From: Candidatus Micrarchaeota archaeon
Lineage (GTDB): Archaea; Micrarchaeota; Micrarchaeia; Anstonellales; Bilamarchaeaceae
Reading direction: 5' to 3'
Length of the DNA stretch: 16,461 bases
NCBI GenBank assembly: GCA_018304385.1
Contig: JAGVWJ010000020.1
Span: forward strand, 1-16,461
This document shows positions 6,030 to 13,911 of the stretch, one piece after another (the first letter of the stretch is position 1; each line of letters starts with the position of its first letter). The notes under the pieces were generated by a model. It saw only the letters and a list, made by a program, of their open reading frames with translations, ran no database searches and had not been told where the DNA came from. The position numbers were made by a program, and so were the translations under genes.

Positions 6030-7238
6030 TTAATATACTTTCTTCCATATTTTAATAGATCTACAATTGTATTCTGAGATATTCAAAGTGGCTTTTGTTA
6101 CATTGATTTCTTTCCCGTTTAGGGCATCTGTTTTATATTCATCGATTAGATTCCCACCCTCATCATAATAATAGCCAACTAATGAAGTAGTGTAGTACGT
6201 AACATTATCTATCTCCACAGGGTAACTTCTTTTGTTGTGTAAATGATATATTAATTGATCGCCTTTAGTACAGTTGAATAATATTAAACCTACGCCAGAA
6301 GGCAGCCCATAAGTATTATTTGCAAGTTGATCATATTTTTGCATAACATTTAATGGTACTCCATTCTCCTGCTCTTTTTGCTGTTCATTTTTTTCTCCTG
6401 ATACAAAAACATAATGGACATACTTAGAGTTACGTCCTTGTAGTTGCACTTTCACTTCCACTGTTATTTCATCTCCTTCTTTTAATGATTTACGGAATGG
6501 ATACGAATCGATATGCGTCGCAGAATCGAAAAATATTACAGCTATTTTCGTTTGTCCATCTGAAATTTCTATGCCAATTGGTGGGCAAGGACTACATATA
6601 GCGCCCTGCGGGCATGAGCACTCTGGAGAGAAACGGGTTACTGTTCCACTAACCTTTACTGTCTGATTAATTAAATTAGCAGAATTTTCTTTTAGCTGTG
6701 TGGTCGTATAAACACCTGTTTGGTTTGTTTCATTTTTAGTTGTATTTTCTAGACTTTCAATCTCTGTTTTTACTTTTGTTTCATAAGTGTATCCTTCTAA
6801 ATAATCAACAGCTATCCATACGTCTTCAAATTTAATATATAAAAGACAATTCGTACCTGGCGGGGCGCTATTTATAACAAATGTGACAATTACTTTTTTG
6901 TTTTCATTATCTTTTTTTATTTCTACTTTATCAGAAAAACTAACGCAACCACCTAATTGAAGTGTTTTTCCAATTATTACCTTCTTTTTATAGTCTTTAG
7001 AAATATCCTGGCAATCTTTACTATCCTTAATCTTTAAGTCTTTAGGGTAAATTATCTGATCGACTTGTGGTGGATACGTTTCAATAGGTAGTATACCTTT
7101 TATACAAGAGATAGCTTTATCATCTAATTTAATATAGGATATTTCCTTAGGTGGCTGCGGTTGTTGGCCAGTACATCCTGCAATAAACATTATCAATCCG
7201 ATTACCAACAAACCAATTATCATTTTCATATTTATCAT
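6030..7238 (-). CDS. Multidomain secreted lipoprotein with a central OB-fold-like domain
   Basis: Lipobox IAGC; NTTKNETNQT sequon cluster; TVKVSGTVT...LKEGDEITVEVKV OB-like segment containing CSCPQGAICSPC. Alternative starts at 7229 and 7223. Confidence 0.8.
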   Translation of the reverse strand: MINMKMIIGLLVIGLIMFIAGCTGQQPQPPKEISYIKLDDKAISCIKGILPIETYPPQVDQIIYPKDLKIKDSKDCQDISKDYKKKVIIGKTLQLGGCVSFSDKVEIKKDNENKKVIVTFVINSAPPGTNCLLYIKFEDVWIAVDYLEGYTYETKVKTEIESLENTTKNETNQTGVYTTTQLKENSANLINQTVKVSGTVTRFSPECSCPQGAICSPCPPIGIEISDGQTKIAVIFFDSATHIDSYPFRKSLKEGDEITVEVKVQLQGRNSKYVHYVFVSGEKNEQQKEQENGVPLNVMQKYDQLANNTYGLPSGVGLILFNCTKGDQLIYHLHNKRSYPVEIDNVTYYTTSLVGYYYDEGGNLIDEYKTDALNGKEINVTKATLNISEYNCRSIKIWKKVY

Positions 7239-7258
7239 TATGGTACTCGATAAATAAG

Positions 7259-7266
7259 TTTATATC
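7259..7266 (-). promoter_or_regulatory. Probable TATA box (GATATAAA) for the 7238 gene
   Basis: 20 nt upstream of ATG 7238; preceded by an A-run (BRE-like). Confidence 0.5.
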
Positions 7267-7290
7267 CTTTTTCTTAGGTTTTCGCCTAAT

Positions 7291-7300
7291 GTTTATAAAC
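7291..7300 (+). promoter_or_regulatory. TATA box in the palindrome GTTTATAAAC for the 7321 gene
   Basis: TTTATAAA (7292-7299) ends 21 nt before ATG 7321. Confidence 0.65.
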
Positions 7301-7320
7301 TTACCAATTGAATAGAAAGC

Positions 7321-9687
7321 ATGAGATGGGTAATTACATTTTTCTTAGTCGCTCTAATTTTTCTAAATGGTTGCGCCTCAAAAGAGGTAGAAGCTCTATC
7401 CTCACAGATAATACCTCAGTCAAATAAAACAATTGAACAAGGAGAACAGAATGTAACTTCACCAGAACAGCTACAACCAAACGAAACAAAGGAAATTGTA
7501 GAAAATGAAGCTCAAAAAATAGAGAAACTTATTCCGATAACATTTCGCGTTAAGGCGCTAGAAGCAGATAACGTAGCTATGTCATTTCCTGTTTTTTGGG
7601 CAGAATATCAAAGGGACAACGTTAAGATGGAAAAGCAAGGCAATTTTTTCGAAGCTACTGTAGAATTTCCAAAAAATTCACTAATTAGATATCAATACAT
7701 ATTGGAAGGAAAATCTTGGGATGAACGAGAGCAATTTGAAAAGGATATCGAACCAAACCGTATGGTTCTTGTTTCTGAACCGATGATTGTTTCTGATAAA
7801 ATATATTCATGGGGTGCAAAAAAGGTTGAAATGCCAATAAAAATATATGGCAAAGTAATTGATAAACAAGGCAGTGAACCTGTGCTAGATGCAGTAATTG
7901 TAGCAGATGGCGTTATTACTTTTCCAAGTGGGGATGGTTCGTATGAATTAAACATTCGATCTGGGAAACACCAAATTATTGCTTATCTGCTAGATGGCAG
8001 CTATAAAACACAATCCAAGATCATAGAAATATCAGAAAGTATCAAAGAAAAAGAAATAAATTTTGAAATGGAAAAGGCGAATACAGCTAAAGTTACTATA
8101 AATATAAATGCCAATCCACCAGCAGATCACAAGGTTAGAATTTATTCTTCTGCTGAGCAAACTGGCGCCAGGTTTTTATATAAAAATAGATTTTTAACTG
8201 AAAACTTCAAAACATTAGAGAATGACACATTGACATTTAAGCTATACGAAGGGCAATATGTAGATTATTTGTATACTGTAGGTAGTCCATATATAGCTTT
8301 TGAGAATAAAAATGGCCAGCATATAACTAGGCATTTTATTGCAACAGATGGACTAATTATTAATGATACTCTTGGAAACTTTACACAAAAAAATACGGTT
8401 GATCTGACTGTTAAGGTTCCTGCATATACTGATCCTAATGATGTAATTGGTTTAGAATATATACATCCTACCCCACTTTTCATGCATCCAAAGGGAAACA
8501 ATGAGTGGACATTAAAATTAAGTGGGTATGTAAATCAGGGGACTGAATATCGCTATTATAAAGGATTTGCGGGGCAGGGAAATGAAAAGGTTCAAAGGAG
8601 AAGATTAAACAAGGATAAAATATATGATATAATTGATGAGTGGAAACTACAGGATGATTATATTAAACCATATAATTATTCGCCACCAATCATTAAGAAT
8701 AAATTCGATATTTTCATTTACCCTTACGACTATTATGGGCCAGGTCATGCTAGATTAATGGAATCATTAGTAGATAGAATATCTGAGAAGGGTTTTCATG
8801 GTATTGCTCTTTCTCAAATATGGGGGTATGAGACATTAGAACCATTGCCTAAAATTTCCAGAGATAAACCAATGACTTTGTATATGCCTTTTTATGATGT
8901 ACAAAGGGTTTCTGATTATGCACACGAAAAAGGCTTGAGTGTTACAATGTTCCCACAATTAGTTGGGGCAGAAAGCGTTTTGAATGAGCCGAAAGAATTT
9001 GATGAGGGGTGGTGGAACGCTTGGCTTAATGAAATGGAAAAATTCAATCTTTATAATGCCAGAACAGCGCAAGCTGCAGGAATAGAATATCTTGTTTTTC
9101 AATCAAGGCAGCCAGGTATGAACCTGCCAGAAAATTATAAAGAAACTTATAATAAAAGGCAAGGGGAAATACTTCAAAAAGTTCGTACAATCTTCAAAGG
9201 TAAAGTAATTGCTGCTGCAGATTTGGAAGAAGGAATAGACTATTGGAAAGATGCGGATATTGTATCAGAAAAAATATGGGATGGGTTAGAATTAGATAAA
9301 GATGCTTCTCAGGAAGAAATGGACACAGCAGTTGAAAATCTTTTAGATGCTAAATATAAACCAATATACGAAAAAGCTGGAACCCCATTTTTAATAGACC
9401 AACTTGCATACAGTGCTATAGATGGCGCTGCTAATGCAGTGCATGCCCCAGAATCAGAAGGGCCTAATACAGATGAACACCTCAAATATCCTTTAGATAC
9501 CAAAGAACAAAGAATGATTCATGAATCCTTCTATAAAGCGATTAATGAGCGCGATTGGATAATTGGGGTTAATCTTTTCGGTTATGGATTTACAGACACA
9601 CCCGAAAGTAGAGATGTTGATATAAGGGGCAAACCTGCAGAAGATGTTGCTAGTGCCTGGGCAAAGAAAATTGGAAAAAACAATTAG
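7321..9687 (+). CDS. Large lipoprotein: CBM20/48-like modules, carboxypeptidase-regulatory-like domain and C-terminal GH113-like TIM barrel
   Basis: Lipobox LNGC; ITFRVK...MEKQGNFFEATVEF...IRYQY and VDLTVKVPAYTDPND...EYRYYKG (CBM-like); IYGKVIDKQGSEPVLDAVI...DGSYEL (CarboxypepD_reg-like); barrel motifs AQAAGIEY, VRTIFKGKV, YWKDAD, EQRMIHESFY..W.IG. Confidence 0.75.
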   Translation: MRWVITFFLVALIFLNGCASKEVEALSSQIIPQSNKTIEQGEQNVTSPEQLQPNETKEIVENEAQKIEKLIPITFRVKALEADNVAMSFPVFWAEYQRDNVKMEKQGNFFEATVEFPKNSLIRYQYILEGKSWDEREQFEKDIEPNRMVLVSEPMIVSDKIYSWGAKKVEMPIKIYGKVIDKQGSEPVLDAVIVADGVITFPSGDGSYELNIRSGKHQIIAYLLDGSYKTQSKIIEISESIKEKEINFEMEKANTAKVTININANPPADHKVRIYSSAEQTGARFLYKNRFLTENFKTLENDTLTFKLYEGQYVDYLYTVGSPYIAFENKNGQHITRHFIATDGLIINDTLGNFTQKNTVDLTVKVPAYTDPNDVIGLEYIHPTPLFMHPKGNNEWTLKLSGYVNQGTEYRYYKGFAGQGNEKVQRRRLNKDKIYDIIDEWKLQDDYIKPYNYSPPIIKNKFDIFIYPYDYYGPGHARLMESLVDRISEKGFHGIALSQIWGYETLEPLPKISRDKPMTLYMPFYDVQRVSDYAHEKGLSVTMFPQLVGAESVLNEPKEFDEGWWNAWLNEMEKFNLYNARTAQAAGIEYLVFQSRQPGMNLPENYKETYNKRQGEILQKVRTIFKGKVIAAADLEEGIDYWKDADIVSEKIWDGLELDKDASQEEMDTAVENLLDAKYKPIYEKAGTPFLIDQLAYSAIDGAANAVHAPESEGPNTDEHLKYPLDTKEQRMIHESFYKAINERDWIIGVNLFGYGFTDTPESRDVDIRGKPAEDVASAWAKKIGKNN

Positions 9688-9740
9688 TGTTACTCTTTAA
9701 AAACCTCTCGATACTAATTTATCTCTATAAAACTGATTTT

Positions 9741-10154
9741 ATGAGCACAAGTTATGAACAGCTATTAGACGAGGCGTATGCCGCATTACCAGAGAAGGCT
9801 ACACATAGCGGTGAGCGTTTCGAGATTCCAAAGTTTGATTATTTTACTGAAGGTATGAAAACGATCATAAAAAACTTTGCTGCTGTCTGCGAGAAGATAA
9901 GAAGAGATAAACCATTAGTATCTAAATTTCTTGCAAAAGAGCTTGCAGTGCCATTGGAAGAACAAGGCGAGCGCTTAATTCTGCAGAGGAAAATTACTAG
10001 TGATGTTATAAATAGAAAACTTGAAGACTTTGTCGTACGCTTTGTAATTTGCAAGGAGTGCAAGAAACCAGATACGCATATTCAAGAGCTAGGCCATGGA
10101 GTAAAACAATTAATATGTGAAGCATGTGGAGCGAGGAATGCAATAAGGCAGTAA
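9741..10154 (+). CDS. eif2b: Translation initiation factor aIF-2 subunit beta
   Basis: YEQLLDEAY, GERFEIP, KTIIKNF, FLAKELA, Zn ribbon CKECKKPDT...CEACGA. Start set at ATG 9741 rather than GTG 9687. Confidence 0.97.
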   Translation: MSTSYEQLLDEAYAALPEKATHSGERFEIPKFDYFTEGMKTIIKNFAAVCEKIRRDKPLVSKFLAKELAVPLEEQGERLILQRKITSDVINRKLEDFVVRFVICKECKKPDTHIQELGHGVKQLICEACGARNAIRQ

Positions 10155-10169
10155 TTGGAGGAAATCAAT

Positions 10170-10463
10170 ATGGTAGAACAAAATCCAGAAGAACCGCAAA
10201 GGCGCGTACGCTTTCCAAGAGAAGGAGAAGTATTAGGTATTGTAATAGGTATGATGGGCGGGTCGCGCATGCGCGTAACCTGCAAAGATGGCAAAGATAG
10301 AATGTGCCGCATACCTGGTAGAATGAAGAATACTATTTGGGTAAAGGAAGGAGATGTTGTATGCATCAAGCCTTATGATATTCAAGGAGATAAAAAGGCA
10401 GATATTGTATATAGATATAACCCAATTCAAGCTCGAATTCTAAAGGAGAAGGGTTTAATCTAA
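10170..10463 (+). CDS. eif1a: Translation initiation factor aIF-1A
   Basis: RVRFPREGEVLGIV..MMGGSRMRVTCKDGKDRMCRIPGRMK..IWVKEGDVV; SD GGAGG (10157-10161) 8 nt before ATG 10170. Confidence 0.97.
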   Translation: MVEQNPEEPQRRVRFPREGEVLGIVIGMMGGSRMRVTCKDGKDRMCRIPGRMKNTIWVKEGDVVCIKPYDIQGDKKADIVYRYNPIQARILKEKGLI

Positions 10464-10855
10464 TGAATCCTTTCTATTCCGGGAATTAAATCGAAATCAG
10501 AATCAAAAGATATAATTTTTTTAACCTCATGCCGTTTCATAAACACGACAGACAATGCATCGCATAAACTTAATTCCTTATATTTATTAAAAAGTTCTAA
10601 ACCTATTTCTAGTTCTTCTCTAGCTGGAAATGCTATTTCCACATTATCACTATTAAGTAATCTTTTACCAACTTCATAAGCTGTCTCTGTTTCTTTATAT
10701 TTACCCAAGAAGGTTACTACCTCATCTATAATATGATCTGAAAGAAAAAATGTACTATAGATTCTATTACTTATTTCTTTAGCCCTTAAATGATTTTCAT
10801 CACTGGGCCTAATTAGTGCAATAATGAAGCCGGTATCTAAAAATATTTTTTCCAT
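10460..10855 (-). CDS. vapC: PIN-domain toxin (VapC family)
   Basis: IFLDTG, IIDEV, LSLCDALS, ISFDSDF acidic tetrad; coupled to the small upstream gene (TAA-T-ATG). Confidence 0.92.
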   Translation of the reverse strand: MEKIFLDTGFIIALIRPSDENHLRAKEISNRIYSTFFLSDHIIDEVVTFLGKYKETETAYEVGKRLLNSDNVEIAFPAREELEIGLELFNKYKELSLCDALSVVFMKRHEVKKIISFDSDFDLIPGIERIH

Positions 10856-10856
10856 A

Positions 10857-11120
10857 TTAAACTCCGTACACTACTCTATCTATATCTTGTTCTCGGCTTT
10901 TTAATTTGCTTTTTGATAGACCTATAATATCAGAAAGCTTGTACTTTTTAGTTATTTTTTGTTTATATTCATATTTCTCTTCAGCAATATGTCCAAGCGC
11001 CATTTCAAGGACTTCACTCTCGGTTGCTTTCTCACCTTTTTCAAGCTGATAGTGCGCTTGCACATATTTTAGTATTTTATCTCCTTCCCTACTAATCTTT
11101 TTTGATATATACTCAGTCAT
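10857..11120 (-). CDS. Putative VapB-type antitoxin, ribbon-helix-helix-like N-terminus
   Basis: 87 aa directly upstream of vapC; strand-helix-helix pattern; C-terminal DIDRVVYG tail typical of archaeal PIN-associated antitoxins; SD AGGTGAGG before the ATG. Confidence 0.78.
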   Translation of the reverse strand: MTEYISKKISREGDKILKYVQAHYQLEKGEKATESEVLEMALGHIAEEKYEYKQKITKKYKLSDIIGLSKSKLKSREQDIDRVVYGV

Positions 11121-11131
11121 ATCCTCACCTA

Positions 11132-11166
11132 TATACTTTTTATACTTTGTAGAAAAAGTATTTAAA
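11132..11166. promoter_or_regulatory. Divergent vapBC/rio1 control region: TATACTTT direct repeats, ATACTTT/AAAGTAT inverted repeat and TATTTAAA box
   Basis: TATACTTT at 11132-11139 and 11141-11148; AAAGTAT at 11155-11161; TATTTAAA at 11159-11166, 21 nt before the rio1 ATG. Confidence 0.6.
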
Positions 11167-11187
11167 CTTATCTTCTAGTTAAATAGT

Positions 11188-11913
11188 ATGACAAAAAAAC
11201 CATCTCGCGATCACTTCATGCTAAAAGAACAGTATAAGGTAGAAAGCGAGGTATTTGATAGAGAAACCCTAAAGAGTTTAGCGAAGCTTATAAAAAAAGG
11301 AATTATTAGTAGTGTGGATTTTCCTATTTCAACTGGCAAAGAAGCAAATGTTTTTCGCGCAACTAGCCAAAACGGCGAACACGTTGTGATAAAGATCTAT
11401 AAAATAGAAACAACGCCATTCTTCCGTAGAGAGGAATATCTAGAAGGAGATCCAAGATTTGAGAAAATAAAAAATAACAGTAAAGACGTTATTATCGCGT
11501 TCGCTCGCAAGGAGTATAAAAATTTACAGATTTGCGAATCAGCTGGTGTGCATGCTCCAAAACCATTCTATGTTGAGAAAAATGTTCTTGTTATGAGTTT
11601 AATAGGAGATAAAGACTTACCGTATCCCACAATGAATACACAAGGGCCAAGAAATGCAGATGATCTTGAGATATTACTACAAGATATAAAAAAAATGTAC
11701 AAAGCTGGCCTAGTACATGCGGACTTAAGCGAGTATAATATAATATTAGGAGAAATCTTATACCTGATAGATTTTGGGCAAGGCGTTGTTACAAAACATC
11801 CGAATGCTGAAAAATTTCTTGAGCGCGATGTGAGAAATATCTTGAATTATTTTGCTAAGTTTGGTTATAAGAAAGATTTTGATGAAACGATTAAATGGAT
11901 AAGATTAAAATAG
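11188..11913 (+). CDS. rio1: RIO1-family serine kinase/ATPase
   Basis: ISTGKEANVF, VIKIYK, KEYKNL, VHADLSEYNI, IDFGQ, FLERDVRNI..YF; no Rio2 wH N-terminus. Confidence 0.95.
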   Translation: MTKKPSRDHFMLKEQYKVESEVFDRETLKSLAKLIKKGIISSVDFPISTGKEANVFRATSQNGEHVVIKIYKIETTPFFRREEYLEGDPRFEKIKNNSKDVIIAFARKEYKNLQICESAGVHAPKPFYVEKNVLVMSLIGDKDLPYPTMNTQGPRNADDLEILLQDIKKMYKAGLVHADLSEYNIILGEILYLIDFGQGVVTKHPNAEKFLERDVRNILNYFAKFGYKKDFDETIKWIRLK

Positions 11914-11947
11914 ATAACACATGATATAACTTCCGGTGATTATTTAT

Positions 11948-12448
11948 ATGCCCACAACAATTGAGATGCATCCATTAGATAGGAAAAAAATAACAAAAAG
12001 ATTTATAGGAAATATGATCGGGTGGTTAGTCGTCAGTTTGATAATGTCTCTAGCGCTATTGTTTGTGATGAGATTTGACTTAATCGCTTCCTTGCTTCTA
12101 TTAATTGGGCTACTTCTCATATTTGCAGCATGGCAATGGTTTTACGAACATAAATATTTTGATGCTTATTTTTACGATTTAGACAAAGATTTCTTAAAAA
12201 TAAAAAAGGATTGGATAACACCTCGCGAAACTATTCTTCCATACGAAAAGCTACAAGACGTTTATGTGGATCAGGATCTGTTTGACAGGATATTTGGATT
12301 ATGGGATGTGCACGTATCAACAGCAACAATGGCATCTGGAATGGAAGCACATATCGATGGGGTAAACCAAGAGAATGCAAATAAAATACGTGAGTTATTA
12401 CTTGATAAAATAAGGGGCAAAGAGAAAAAAGCAACAGGGTATGACTGA
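11948..12448 (+). CDS. Membrane protein with one bacterial PH (bPH_2) domain, YdbS-like
   Basis: Two TM helices followed by LPYEKLQDVYVDQDLFDRIFGLWDVHVSTA; GGTGAT at 11935-11940 favours ATG 11948 over GTG 11936. Confidence 0.85.
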   Translation: MPTTIEMHPLDRKKITKRFIGNMIGWLVVSLIMSLALLFVMRFDLIASLLLLIGLLLIFAAWQWFYEHKYFDAYFYDLDKDFLKIKKDWITPRETILPYEKLQDVYVDQDLFDRIFGLWDVHVSTATMASGMEAHIDGVNQENANKIRELLLDKIRGKEKKATGYD

Positions 12449-12450
12449 TT

Positions 12451-13911
12451 ATGGCTGAAGTGTTCCGACCGTCATCCAAATATATTTTTGCGCAAGGTGC
12501 AGCGATATTTGTATTTCTTCTTATCTTCTCTTTTGAGGTTCTTGTGGAAACGCCGCTTTTATTCTTAGTCATAATTATTATCCCTATAATAAGTGCATTA
12601 ATAACATACTACTTCACTTATTATGAGATTCGTGATAACGGTGTATTTATAAGAAAAGGATTAATATTCCGTAGTCAGTCGCTCTTTCTTTATACTCAGA
12701 TTCAAGATGTAGAAGAATTCAAAGGAGTGCTGGATAGAGTTTTTGCGATTGGAAATCTTAGAATAGTTACTATGAGTGGTGCATCCACCATCCAAGGTGT
12801 TGTTTCTGGTTTAGAAAGAGAAGAAGCGATAAAATTCAAAGAGTTGGTTGTTGCTAACATAAATAAAACTGCCAAAAAAGAGGTTTTGCCTACTGTTGCT
12901 GGGCCAGCAGTGCAGGTCTCGCAAGCTGACTTTAAGGCCAATCCTTATGCAATACAGATTAACAGGGGCACAATATATTCAACCTTAGGAATATTTTTAA
13001 TATCATTATTTGTTTTTATTATGATTATATTGTTTACTGGTTTTCATCCAGTTTATTTATTATTTTTCTTAATAATTAATTTAGGATTTGTATTTTTTTC
13101 TTATTTGATGATCATGCCATATAAATATTCAATAAGCAAAGATTGGCTACAACTGCGCTATAAATTTCTAGTAGAACAAGTTTCTAATTACCGCTTTGAT
13201 CGAATTCAGAATGTTATCATAAAAGAACCATGGACATACCGGTTAGGTGGACTTGCCTCAGTGCTTATAGAAACAGGTGAGAAACCAGTATACTCTTCTA
13301 GGGATAATAGCAGTACTGGCAGATTTGCAACCATGATTCCTGCCTTAAATGTAGAAGATGCACATAAGCTAAAGAATGAGATACTGGAAAAAATGGGCTT
13401 ACCAAAGGATGAAAAATATACTAATCTAAGATCGCAGTTTCCACTTGACAGACAAAAACCTCTGAAAAAAACAGTTTCATTTACTTTTTACTTTGTATTA
13501 GTTGCTGCTGGTTTAGCATTTGCGTTATTCAATTTTATTCCTGGTATAAAGGTATTGGGACTACAAACAGTTCTATTTGCTGCGCTTGGCGTAATAGTGG
13601 TATCTATAATTCTAAAATACATATACGAAGTTTATTATTTTGATAATTATTCCTACAAAACAACACAAAGGCTATTGAGTATTAAAAAAGGTGTTCTTGA
13701 ACATACAGAGGTATTTTTGCCGTATTCGCGTGTGCAGAATATCTTTGTTGATATGGATATTTTTGATAGAATATTTGATTTGAGAGATACCCATCTATCT
13801 ACTATTGGTTATAGCACTGTCGCACATGCACATATAGATGGTGTTGATCCTGAAAATGCTGAAAAGCTGAAGAATGCATTGCTAGAGATGATGAAGAAGA
13901 ATAAGAAATAA
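12451..13911 (+). CDS. Membrane protein with three (TM-TM-bPH_2) modules, YdbT-like
   Basis: Three repeats of a TM hairpin followed by Y..IQ.V....D/Y R.F...L.I.T (YTQIQDV, FDRIQNV, YSRVQNI). Confidence 0.85.
   Translation: MAEVFRPSSKYIFAQGAAIFVFLLIFSFEVLVETPLLFLVIIIIPIISALITYYFTYYEIRDNGVFIRKGLIFRSQSLFLYTQIQDVEEFKGVLDRVFAIGNLRIVTMSGASTIQGVVSGLEREEAIKFKELVVANINKTAKKEVLPTVAGPAVQVSQADFKANPYAIQINRGTIYSTLGIFLISLFVFIMIILFTGFHPVYLLFFLIINLGFVFFSYLMIMPYKYSISKDWLQLRYKFLVEQVSNYRFDRIQNVIIKEPWTYRLGGLASVLIETGEKPVYSSRDNSSTGRFATMIPALNVEDAHKLKNEILEKMGLPKDEKYTNLRSQFPLDRQKPLKKTVSFTFYFVLVAAGLAFALFNFIPGIKVLGLQTVLFAALGVIVVSIILKYIYEVYYFDNYSYKTTQRLLSIKKGVLEHTEVFLPYSRVQNIFVDMDIFDRIFDLRDTHLSTIGYSTVAHAHIDGVDPENAEKLKNALLEMMKKNKK

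Noticed and set aside
9687-9740. GTG-started N-terminal extension of aIF-2beta
   Set aside because: The extension has no family resemblance; the conserved sequence begins at MSTSYEQLL (9741).
10264-10275. Perfect 12-bp palindrome CGCGCATGCGCG in eif1a
   Set aside because: It is explained by Arg-Met-Arg codons; there is no supporting context.
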